Below, in pieces: positions 19,385-27,464 of a stretch of DNA of 64,000 nucleotides. Position 1 is the first letter of the stretch, and each line of letters begins with the position of its first letter. The position numbers and the translations under genes are program-made. Under the pieces are notes generated by a model, which saw only the letters and a list, made by a program, of their open reading frames with translations, was not told the DNA's origin and did no database searches. The stretch is from a virus. The DNA lies in the IMG/VR virus record IMGVR_UViG_3300025913_000021, positions 64,001 to 128,000 of that record. One strand, given 5' to 3'.

Positions 19385-20443
19385 ATGCCCGCTACCGACG
19401 CACTTCACGTCCGCACGCAGGTTGCGGAGCAGCTACAGGGTCAGACCTTCCGCACGATCATCGACGCCTTCGTGGGTGATGACTTCAATCGGATGCGCGG
19501 CCAGAAGCAGAACGTCCACGACACCAGAAGCACGGCCGGGGCGATCAATGCGAACCAGGCCCCGGCGTTCCGCGCGGAGGCGTTCGCCAACGCGATGTCC
19601 ATCGCCGAGACCTTCTACCTCAGCCCGGAAATGCACGCGATCTGCCAGGACGCCAGCCAGGCCGAGGACTTCCCCGAGGACGAGACGATCCTGCGCGAGG
19701 ACCCGCCGAGCGAGGCCGGGTTCCTGTTCCTGCCCGCGCGCTTCCGCATGATGGAACTGCGCGGCCGACTGATGATCGCGCACGCCGTGGTGTGGATCAA
19801 CAACAAGGTCTGGTGGCTCTGCGACCGGCGTGACCCGGACGACGAAATGAACGTTGAGCTGAATGCGGCGTACGGCGGACACGGTCAGGTTGGCCTGCCA
19901 CGCTACGACCTCATGGCGGTGAGCAGCTTCAAGTGGGGTGAGCCCATGCCGAAGATGATCACCTTCGAGAAGGGCGTGCTGCCGACCGATGCCAAGGTCG
20001 AGTTCAAGGACGTGCCGTTCGAGGGTGGCACCCGGCGCATCCTGTTCACCGACGCGCTCGTCCATCCCGGCCTGAGCAAGCCGCAGGCCACGGTGTCGCC
20101 CGAGCTGCGGTTCCTGCTCACCGTCTGGCGCATGATGCAGCAGACGATCACCGACGTGGTGGACGAGTACCCGGACAACAAGGCCGTCCGTCGCTACGCC
20201 GACCGCGCCGGGATCAAGGACCAGCGCATCCGCGTGATTCAGCTCCGTCGCCGCGAGAGCCACCAGACCGGCCAGGGCTCGCCGCTGACCGTGCGCTTCG
20301 TCGTGCGTGGCCACTGGCGACGCATCTGGTGCGGCCCGGCCGAGAACCGCTACCAGCGCGCGATCTGGATCCACCCGCACCTCAAGGGTCCGGAGGGTGC
20401 CCCGCTGATCCACCGCGAGAAGATCAACGCCCTGGTGCGATGA
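19385..20443 (+). CDS. conserved phage protein with C-terminal VRGHWR motif
   Basis: RFVVRGHWRRIWCG...IWIHPHLKGPEGAPL. Confidence 0.75.
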   Translation: MPATDALHVRTQVAEQLQGQTFRTIIDAFVGDDFNRMRGQKQNVHDTRSTAGAINANQAPAFRAEAFANAMSIAETFYLSPEMHAICQDASQAEDFPEDETILREDPPSEAGFLFLPARFRMMELRGRLMIAHAVVWINNKVWWLCDRRDPDDEMNVELNAAYGGHGQVGLPRYDLMAVSSFKWGEPMPKMITFEKGVLPTDAKVEFKDVPFEGGTRRILFTDALVHPGLSKPQATVSPELRFLLTVWRMMQQTITDVVDEYPDNKAVRRYADRAGIKDQRIRVIQLRRRESHQTGQGSPLTVRFVVRGHWRRIWCGPAENRYQRAIWIHPHLKGPEGAPLIHREKINALVR

Positions 20444-20655
20444 ACGGACACGTGGTCGTTTTGATCGTGGCCGTCGTGGGACTCGTGACGGTCTGTGTGT
20501 TCATGTTCCTCATGGTGCGCGCGAGCAGGAACCTACGGATCTCGGCCGAGAACCTCCAGCATGCGGCCGAGGACTATCGCGACTCGATGGACGACCTGAA
20601 CACCTTCCTGTTCCGGTCGGTCAACGGCGAGCACACCGTGGAGGAGGAGCCCTAG
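20440..20655 (+). CDS. small membrane-anchored protein; ends HTVEEEP
   Basis: N-terminal TM helix followed by a coiled segment. Confidence 0.65.
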   Translation: MNGHVVVLIVAVVGLVTVCVFMFLMVRASRNLRISAENLQHAAEDYRDSMDDLNTFLFRSVNGEHTVEEEP

Positions 20656-20871
20656 GTGGACTACTCGGTGGCGCTGTTCGAGGCTGCTCACGACCCGCAC
20701 GTATGCCTAAGGCGATTCGCCAACGGTGACATCGTGACGCAGCACTGGCCGAAGAAACGAACCGACGAGCGGCCGACCTGCCGGTACTGCCTGATGCTGA
20801 TCAAGAAGGTCGAAACGCATGCGGCGTCTCGGTGGGCCGCTGTCGAGTACATCGTGGAGGAGGAGCCCTGA
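20656..20871 (+). CDS. small hypothetical protein; ends YIVEEEP
   Basis: GTG directly follows TAG; CRYC. Confidence 0.6.
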   Translation: MDYSVALFEAAHDPHVCLRRFANGDIVTQHWPKKRTDERPTCRYCLMLIKKVETHAASRWAAVEYIVEEEP

Positions 20872-21407
20872 TGGGCATGCTCGCGCGCCTGGAGGCGCTG
20901 TACGCCGAACTGCCCGAGGTGGCCTGCCAGGGCAAGTGCCAGACCTGCTGCGGACCCATCGACATGAGCCCGGGAGAACGACTGCGCATCCGTTCCCAAG
21001 GCGTCGAGATCCAGCCGATGACCAGCGCGCGAGTGCGAGCCTGGGAACGCCAGCAGAAGTACGACGACGACGGCGAGCCGCTGTGGTGCAACGCGCTGAA
21101 CCTGGACACCGGGCTGTGCGAGGTCTACGAGATCCGTCCGATGATCTGCCGCCTCTGGGGTACGGGCAGCGGGGAAATGGCCTGTCCGCACGGCTGTAAG
21201 CCCACCAGACGGCTCTCGGACATCGAGACGATGCAGTTCCTGCTCCGGGCTATGGCGGCGGGTGGTGGCTTCACTGAGGCCGAGTACGCCCGCATGCAGG
21301 CACTGTTCGACGACCCGGAAATGGCCCGGCGCACGACCGAGTACATGGAAGCTGACCCCGAGACCCGACAGCGGATGCGCGACGAAATGGATGGGCGGCT
21401 GAACTGA
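20871..21407 (+). CDS. YkgJ-like Zn/Fe-S cluster protein, paralog 2
   Basis: CQGKCQTCCGP...CNAL...CEVYEIRPMICRLWG...CPHGC. Confidence 0.82.
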   Translation: MGMLARLEALYAELPEVACQGKCQTCCGPIDMSPGERLRIRSQGVEIQPMTSARVRAWERQQKYDDDGEPLWCNALNLDTGLCEVYEIRPMICRLWGTGSGEMACPHGCKPTRRLSDIETMQFLLRAMAAGGGFTEAEYARMQALFDDPEMARRTTEYMEADPETRQRMRDEMDGRLN

Positions 21408-21602
21408 ATGTTCTACTGCAAGGACTGCGCCGACATCACCGGCTGGCCCGAGCTCGGCTTCTCGGTCGGCCGGTGCGAAATGTGCGAGCGGGGCAGCATG
21501 CTGTGCTCCGACGTGCCGAGCAAGTACCTCTCCATCCCGACCCAGGAAATGCACACGCGCATCCAAGGTCTCAACCCACATCGGATCCAGGAGGAGCCGT
21601 GA
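21408..21602 (+). CDS. small Zn-ribbon protein; ends HRIQEEP
   Basis: MFYCKDC...GRCEMC...CSD. Confidence 0.65.
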   Translation: MFYCKDCADITGWPELGFSVGRCEMCERGSMLCSDVPSKYLSIPTQEMHTRIQGLNPHRIQEEP

Positions 21603-21931
21603 CCGACGAACTGCTGCCAGTCAGGTCGAGAGGTAGCTATCCGAGCCACAACGGTCACGTCATGGGCAGCACCCGGCACAACGCGATCTTCTGCATCACG
21701 TGCATGAACGACCTCGGTCTGGAGCAAGGCCCCGCCGAGATCCTGGACCGATGGATTCACCTGGAGATCGAGGAGGACGAGGTTCCTCGCGCTGACGTGG
21801 AGTACGTCGTCTATCGCGCGCGGGACTTCATCGAGCGAGGTCAGGAAATGGACGCGTGGCGATTGCTGGATGAAATGACCCGCCGCATCGGTCGCAGCAA
21901 GGCCGGTCCCAACATGAAGCCGGGCGAGTAG
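21599..21931 (+). CDS. hypothetical protein
   Basis: GTGA overlap with AGGAGGAG RBS. Confidence 0.6.
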   Translation: MTDELLPVRSRGSYPSHNGHVMGSTRHNAIFCITCMNDLGLEQGPAEILDRWIHLEIEEDEVPRADVEYVVYRARDFIERGQEMDAWRLLDEMTRRIGRSKAGPNMKPGE

Positions 21932-22187
21932 TGGACGCCTACGAGCGCGGCCTACGTGCGGAGATCGCCAACGTCCAACTGGAGCGCGAGCGCGACGAGG
22001 CCCTGGCCGAGAACGAGTACATGCTGCGCATGCTGTGCGAGGCACTGGGTGAGCAGTACGAGTTCCCGTCGGACAACCCGAGTGAGCCGCCCTACCGGAT
22101 GGACTGGCCTCGGATTCTCGGTACGGTGCGTGGTCGAACACGGGTCTGGTCGGACCTGATGAAGCGAGCAGAGGAGGTGGATGCAGA

Positions 22188-22991
22188 GTGGCTACGCGAG
22201 TACCGGGGCCGGTCCTCACGGACCCGACGGGACTGATCATCGCTGGGGATATTCACTCCGACCCACGGCACCTGGCGTACCTGTACGAGGTCGCCGTGCA
22301 GACGCGCTGCGAGGCGATCGTGGTGGTCGGGGACTTCGGTTACGTCGAGCACTACGACCAAGGCGCTTTCCTGGCAGTCGCCGAGGAAGGATTCCGACTG
22401 ACCACGGAGCACGGGTGGCCGGTCGAATTGCTGTGGCTGGACGGGAACCACGAGAACCATCCGCTGCTGCACGAGAAGTACGGCCCCAACTCACCCATCC
22501 ACGAAGCCAGCGAAGAAGGCTTCTGGAAGATGCGAGAAGGCGTTCACTACATCCCACGGGCCACCCGCTGGAATTGGGCGGGCATCAGTTTCCTCGCCCT
22601 CGGTGGGGCGTACTCGATCGACAAGATGCACCTGTTGAAGTTGCAGCGTCAGGACGGTGGTGAACGGTGGTGGCCCACCGAGGAGATCACCGACGATGAC
22701 GTGGCGAAGTGCCTGTCGGATCGGTCCCCCGTGGACGTGATGCTCACGCACGATAAACCACGCGACGTACAAGTACCGTGGTCCCGCCGCGACATTCCGT
22801 TAGCACTGCCCAACCAGGACAAGATCCAACGGGTGGTGAATGCTCTGCACCCGAAGTTGCTGGTGCACGGGCACCTGCACATCCGCTACCAAAGCAAGGT
22901 AGACCGCACCATCGTGGAGGGATTGGGATGCAACCCGCACAAGGACTCCGACGACCCGGCGGATTCCTGGATAAGGCTGTCGCTCGTCTGA
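22188..22991 (+). CDS. calcineurin-like metallophosphoesterase
   Basis: GDIH, VVGDFG, DGNHE, THD, HGHLH motifs. Confidence 0.9.
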   Translation: MATRVPGPVLTDPTGLIIAGDIHSDPRHLAYLYEVAVQTRCEAIVVVGDFGYVEHYDQGAFLAVAEEGFRLTTEHGWPVELLWLDGNHENHPLLHEKYGPNSPIHEASEEGFWKMREGVHYIPRATRWNWAGISFLALGGAYSIDKMHLLKLQRQDGGERWWPTEEITDDDVAKCLSDRSPVDVMLTHDKPRDVQVPWSRRDIPLALPNQDKIQRVVNALHPKLLVHGHLHIRYQSKVDRTIVEGLGCNPHKDSDDPADSWIRLSLV

Positions 22992-23094
22992 CCCGCTGCC
23001 AGTGCGGCTGCGAGAAGGCCGAGCACGAGAACCGAGGCTCGTGCGCCACGTGCGGCCCGAAGCGCTGCCCTGAGTTCCGAGGAAGGTGGTTGCC

Positions 23095-23475
23095 ATGACA
23101 CTGCCTGACAAGCTGCTCGGCCCCGAGGGCTACGACCCGATGTGGGACGACGTGCGCAAGGTCGGCGACACCGCGCTGTACTTCGACCGCCAGGGCCAGC
23201 CGATGACCCTGCGCCAGTGGGTGACCGGCATCGAAACGGACGAGTATCGCTTTCTCAAGCGCACCCGCGTGGGCGAGAGCATGATCGTCACCGCCTGGAA
23301 CGGCGTCAACGACGGCTGGCCCGACCCCGAGGCGCAGATCTTCGGCACGATCGAAATCCGTGGCCAGGGCGAGAACGTGACCTATCACGACGAGGAGACC
23401 GACAGCACCGAGGCTGCGGCCCTCGCCACCCATGATCGCCGGGTGGAGGAACTGAGGAAGGAACTGAACCCGTGA
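23095..23475 (+). CDS. hypothetical protein
   Basis: YFDRQGQPM...IFGT pattern. Confidence 0.6.
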   Translation: MTLPDKLLGPEGYDPMWDDVRKVGDTALYFDRQGQPMTLRQWVTGIETDEYRFLKRTRVGESMIVTAWNGVNDGWPDPEAQIFGTIEIRGQGENVTYHDEETDSTEAAALATHDRRVEELRKELNP

Positions 23476-23795
23476 ACGACGCGACCGAACATCCGAACTG
23501 GACCCCGCAGGACGACACCACCGCCTGCCCGTACTGCGGCAAGCCCAACAACGCCTGGTCGTCCACCGACGGCGCGGCCGTGGAGCGTCCGCAGGCTGGT
23601 TCGCTGAGCCTGTGCTTCATGTGCGGCGGGCTGTGCGTCTACGAGGAGACCGACGGCAAGCTCTCGCTGCGCAAGACCACCGCCGAGGAGGCGAAGGCAT
23701 GGGAGAGCGACCCGTTGGTCGTGCGCACCCGCAAGATCATCAGCTACACGGAGAGCCCGAACCTGGCTAGCAGCTTCCTGCTGATGGACCAGTGA
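23472..23795 (+). CDS. Zn-ribbon hypothetical protein
   Basis: CPYCG...LCFMCG. Confidence 0.6.
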   Translation: MNDATEHPNWTPQDDTTACPYCGKPNNAWSSTDGAAVERPQAGSLSLCFMCGGLCVYEETDGKLSLRKTTAEEAKAWESDPLVVRTRKIISYTESPNLASSFLLMDQ

Positions 23796-24297
23796 TCGAC
23801 CCGAACATCACGACGGCCGACGGCAAGCCGGTCGCCTTCCACGACTTCAAGCCCGAGCAGTTCCCGTTCCGCGTCCAGTTCATCGACAACGACACCGAGG
23901 AACTGCTGCACGAGGTCATCGTGCGCGGGATCAGCCACATGGAGGTCCCCGGCTTCGCACCGCGTCGGGTGCGGGTCGAGATCACCTACCCGAACGGGTT
24001 GCAGTACGTCGAGGGACCACCAGGATCGGGACTGAGCGAAATGCGCCAGGTCCCACCGCCGCGCCTGTGAGCTATCGCGACACCGAGTGCGATGCGTGCG
24101 GCAAGCCGTGGGACATCCACCTGATCATGGGCTGTGTGCACGAGCACTCCGGTCACGTGCGGTTCTGTCGAGAGCACCGCTCTCGGTTGGTCGCCACTGC
24201 CGATCAGTACCTGTGCTGCACCCCCTGCATCAACGATCACCCGTGCCGCACGCACGTCGTGCGCGTCATTGAAGATCGGTCCCAGGCCGCGTGACCC

Positions 24298-24325
24298 TTG
24301 CGCTGTTCGGCTGCGCGTCTATATT
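24298..24325 (+). promoter_or_regulatory. putative housekeeping-type promoter for the sigma gene (leaderless)
   Basis: TTGCGC-N16-TATATT, with ATG 24333 seven nt downstream and no SD; the spacer contains TGTTCGG. Confidence 0.5.
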
Positions 24326-24332
24326 CCGTGTT

Positions 24333-25112
24333 ATGGCGGTGGGAAAGCATCAGCTAACGGACGGTGAACTCGACGAGCAGTGGGCCCTCCTCAAGGCCGG
24401 AGGACCACGCGCTTCGACCGCCAGGGACCGTCTCGTGCTGCACTGGCGTCCGTTCGTCTGCTCGATCGCCAACCACATCGGCACCCGACTCCCGGCCCAC
24501 GTGGACAACGAGGACCTGATCAGCTACGGGATGATCGGGCTCCTGGACGCCATCGAGAAGTTCGACCCCGGCCGTGGCCTCCGCTTCAAGACCTACGCCG
24601 GGAAACGGATCAGCGGCCAAATCTACGACGAGCTGCGCAAGCTCGACTGGGTTCCGCGCTCGGTGCACAGCCAGGTCAAGGAGGTCACCGAGACGGTGAT
24701 CGACCTGGAGCGCAGGCTCCAGCGTCCCGTCTCCGATGCCGAGGTGGCCAAGGCTGCCGGACTGAGCCGCGAACAGGTCGCTGACGCCCGCAGCGAGCAG
24801 TCCTACATCAGCGTCATGGCGCTGGACGCCCTGCTGGACAACAACGTCGGGGACGAGACCCTCTCGCTGGCCAGCCAGCTCTACGACCGCACGCAGTCAC
24901 CCGACCAGGACTTCGAGGTCGAGGGCATCAAGGCTCTGATCGCCGGGGCTATGGCCAACCTGGGTGAGCGCGAGGCGCTGGTGCTGGCGCTGTACTACAT
25001 CGAGGGGCTGACGCTCTCCGACATCGGTGGGCTGCTCGGCGTCACTGAGTCTCGCGTGTGCCAGATGCATACCCGCGCGATGGTCGCAGTCCGCGAACGT
25101 CTCGCCGCCTGA
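24333..25112 (+). CDS. FliA/WhiG-family (sigma-28) RNA polymerase sigma factor
   Basis: LPAHVD.EDLISYGMIGLLDAIEKFDP.RG..FKTYA..RI.G.I.DELRKLDWVPRSV; region 4 LYYIEGLTLSDIG.LLGVTESRVCQMH. Confidence 0.93.
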   Translation: MAVGKHQLTDGELDEQWALLKAGGPRASTARDRLVLHWRPFVCSIANHIGTRLPAHVDNEDLISYGMIGLLDAIEKFDPGRGLRFKTYAGKRISGQIYDELRKLDWVPRSVHSQVKEVTETVIDLERRLQRPVSDAEVAKAAGLSREQVADARSEQSYISVMALDALLDNNVGDETLSLASQLYDRTQSPDQDFEVEGIKALIAGAMANLGEREALVLALYYIEGLTLSDIGGLLGVTESRVCQMHTRAMVAVRERLAA

Positions 25113-25232
25113 ACCGGATTTGGCTGCTCGTCCGTCCGCACTTCACGCACGCGGGCGGCATCGCGTGGTAGGCGTCCCAGGCGTGATCGCAAGGCACGAC
25201 GGTCTGCCAGAGCCGTCGCAGGGCGTGCTTGA

Positions 25233-25682
25233 TCACTTCGCTTCGGGGCTGAGGTACTTCGCCAGGCGCGGATCCGGTGGCGGTAGCAGGCCGTGCTTCT
25301 TCTCGCAGTCGTAGGCGAAGTAGGAGTTGCGGAAATCGGCGATCAGATGCAAACCGACGGCCGTCGTATTCGGCGCGAGCGGGATCGTCCCCACGTCGTG
25401 ATAGAGGTTGCAGTTCGCCTGGTCCCCGTGCTGCACGGTGCTCTTGACCCGGGAAGCCTCGGTGGCGTTGCGGAACACGAGGATCGCCACGATCACCACC
25501 AGCACGAGGATCGCCCCGTCGCGGACCTGGCTGCGGATGCGCTCGCGGCGCACCCTGATCTGAGCCTCCTCGCGGGCCACCTTCGAGGAGACCAGCGCGG
25601 TCGCCTCCAGGCGTGCCTTCTCGGTGACCTGGGGCACTCCGATGTCGTCCGGGCTCATGGCGACCTCCTCTGGTAGTCCCAT
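25233..25682 (-). CDS. membrane-anchored hypothetical protein
   Basis: One TM segment (AILVLVVIVAILVF); counter-oriented within the plus arm; GCCGAACA upstream. Confidence 0.6.
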   Translation of the reverse strand: MGLPEEVAMSPDDIGVPQVTEKARLEATALVSSKVAREEAQIRVRRERIRSQVRDGAILVLVVIVAILVFRNATEASRVKSTVQHGDQANCNLYHDVGTIPLAPNTTAVGLHLIADFRNSYFAYDCEKKHGLLPPPDPRLAKYLSPEAK

Positions 25683-25931
25683 CGGCCGTTGCCCCTTCGC
25701 GTCTGACGAGCTAATGTTCGGCTTGTGATAAGTCGCTAACCTGAACCCCAGGTGGTGCCGCGCTGAATGCCGCCGCACCCACACGCATCAGTACCCGCAG
25801 GATCGCAACCGTATCGGTGAGCGCGCCTGGTGCTACGTGATCAGCGAGGAACCCGAGACCCCCGATGAGTGGTCGGCGTTCCGAGATCAGGTCTACCGAG
25901 TCGGCTGTCGAGGCCCGCGCGAGCGTGCAGC

Positions 25932-26231
25932 ATGAGCGAGCCGACCGAGGTCGAGAAGCTCCAGCGCGAGATCGACTCACTGCGCGACCAGCTCGCCGAC
26001 GCCAACGCCAGAGTGCAAACGCTGAGGTGGCAGAACCAAGCACTGGAATCGGTTCACCTCTCGCCCGAGCAGAAGGCACGCTCGCACCAGAACGCCGAGG
26101 TCTACTACTGGATCGCCAAGTGCCAGCGGCAGCGACGGGCGATCAACCACATCCAGCGCAAGGGTTGGTACCCACCGGAGTACGTGATCCGCGAGGAGGA
26201 GACTCCGTGGGAGCTGGATCAGACCGCGTAG
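25932..26231 (+). CDS. coiled-coil hypothetical protein
   Basis: EVEKLQREIDSLRDQL; internal YVIREEETP. Confidence 0.55.
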   Translation: MSEPTEVEKLQREIDSLRDQLADANARVQTLRWQNQALESVHLSPEQKARSHQNAEVYYWIAKCQRQRRAINHIQRKGWYPPEYVIREEETPWELDQTA

Positions 26232-26305
26232 ATCGCCACGACCAGCAGGGACATGCCGAGCACGACTAGGACGACCCCGAGCTTCTGATCATGTCCGAGC
26301 GCCAT
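26219..26305 (-). CDS. 28-aa hydrophobic peptide (MALGHDQKLGVVLVVLGMSLLVVAIYAV)
   Basis: Read by eye; single TM; fills the gap between plus-strand genes. Confidence 0.4.
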   Translation of the reverse strand: MALGHDQKLGVVLVVLGMSLLVVAIYAV

Positions 26306-26387
26306 CGGGCGAGCCGATCACGGATTCGGCCGCTCGTCCAATCGGAACGTCTTTCGGCTCAGCTCAAGGTCGCCTAGGTTGTTCGGC

Positions 26388-26774
26388 ATGCCCGCGCCCG
26401 AGGAGCCCGATCCGCTCGACGACATCAGCACTGCTGCGCTCAGGGCGGCGCTGGAGCGTCGGGGGTATGTCACCCTCACGGCGAAGTCCTACAAGGCCGC
26501 ACAGCGCCGCCAGGGGATCGCGCAGAGCCGCATGGCGTGGGCCGAACGAGAGGCCGAGAGCGCTCGGAGCTGGGCCTACGACTGCCTGGCCGAGGAGCGT
26601 CGTCTGCACGCCCGACTGAACGAGATCATCGCCCTGGCGACGCAGCACGGGATGACCACGGAGGATCTCGTCCGCTTCAACGAGCAGCTCGGACTTCGGG
26701 GCGCTCTGCCACCGACCACCGTCGTGCCCGAACTCCCAGGGGCCGTCACTCATCGCATCCCGGAGCAGCCGTGA
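26388..26774 (+). CDS. hypothetical protein; ends HRIPEQP
   Basis: TAGGTT -10-like box 7 nt before the ATG (leaderless). Confidence 0.6.
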   Translation: MPAPEEPDPLDDISTAALRAALERRGYVTLTAKSYKAAQRRQGIAQSRMAWAEREAESARSWAYDCLAEERRLHARLNEIIALATQHGMTTEDLVRFNEQLGLRGALPPTTVVPELPGAVTHRIPEQP

Positions 26775-27028
26775 CCCTGCCACAGGACGACGCCGACCTG
26801 TCCCCGCAAGTGCTGCGGGAGTACGCGATCCAATGCCTGCGCCAGGCTGGGACCTTCTCGTACCTGCCGTACACCCCCGCAGCGCCGGTCGCGCAGCCGG
26901 GCTTCACTGCACCGCAGCCGCTCCCGACACCGGATGCGCGCCCGAGCGGCATCCTGTACGCGCTCCAGGGCCTGCTGGCCATGCAGATCGCGAACTCGAT
27001 CACGCACGTCATCGAGGAGCACCCATAG
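26771..27028 (+). CDS. hypothetical protein; ends HVIEEHP; last plus-arm gene
   Basis: GTGA overlap; stop is followed directly by a hairpin. Confidence 0.6.
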   Translation: MTLPQDDADLSPQVLREYAIQCLRQAGTFSYLPYTPAAPVAQPGFTAPQPLPTPDARPSGILYALQGLLAMQIANSITHVIEEHP

Positions 27029-27029
27029 A

Positions 27030-27064
27030 TGAGCCCCTCCGCACGGGGGAAACGGAGGGGCTCA
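27030..27064. terminator. 12-bp GC-rich hairpin at the convergence of the two arms
   Basis: TGAGCCCCTCCG / CGGAGGGGCTCA perfect inverted repeat. Confidence 0.75.
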
Positions 27065-27110
27065 ACGATCAGTCTGCGCCCACCGAGAAACGGACGCAAG
27101 TCCGAATATT

Positions 27111-27218
27111 GGGGCGACAGGTGCCGGTGTAACGAGCATGTGCTAGCAAGCTCGGCCTCCATGACTCGGCCAGGAGGAGTGCTTCCGGTTTAGAGCCGAC
27201 GTTTCACCTGTCGCCGCC
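27111..27218. ncRNA. candidate structured ncRNA (multibranch), strand unknown
   Basis: 11-bp closing stem GGCGACAGGTG (27113-27123) / CACCTGTCGCC (27205-27215) enclosing CCGG/CCGG and two hairpins; no convincing gene here. Confidence 0.45.
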
Positions 27219-27238
27219 CGAGAGCATACCGAACATCG

Positions 27239-27311
27239 TCCGGGTGGAGGGACTCGAACCCCCGATCCCTTGGTCCCAAACCAAGTGGCCTAGCCGCTGG
27301 CCTACACCCGG
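27239..27311 (-). tRNA. tRNA-Pro(TGG)
   Basis: Acceptor CCGGGTG/CACCCGG, anticodon arm CTTGG-TTTGGGA-CCAAG, T loop GTTCGAGT; no encoded CCA. Confidence 0.92.
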
Positions 27312-27327
27312 GTGCGGGTTGCGATTG

Positions 27328-27400
27328 CAGGGGCGGTAGGACTCGAACCTACGGATGCCGGGTTTGGAAGCCGGTGCTCTTGCCGCTGAGCTACACCCCC
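27328..27400 (-). tRNA. tRNA-Trp(CCA)
   Basis: GGGGGTG-TAGCTCAG D arm, anticodon loop TTCCAAA, T arm GTAGG-TTCGAGT-CCTAC; G73; no encoded CCA. Confidence 0.88.
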
Positions 27401-27464
27401 TTGGGAGCGCAGCCTCGCAGCGACTGCGCTCAGTAGAGCGGTCGCGGTCGCCAGCAGCGGAAGG

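Noticed and set aside
12705-27028. Integron cassette array (tyrosine recombinase plus many small genes)
   Set aside because: Genes overlap directly, leaving no room for attC hairpins, and I see no IntI-specific insertion
27111-27218. Hammerhead ribozyme or SRP RNA identity for the structured element
   Set aside because: No CUGANGA core and no SRP domain IV motif on either strand
27239-27400. tRNAs as suppressors or as evidence of stop-codon recoding
   Set aside because: Anticodons are standard (TGG Pro, CCA Trp), and long genes read intact with TAG, TGA and TAA all used as stops
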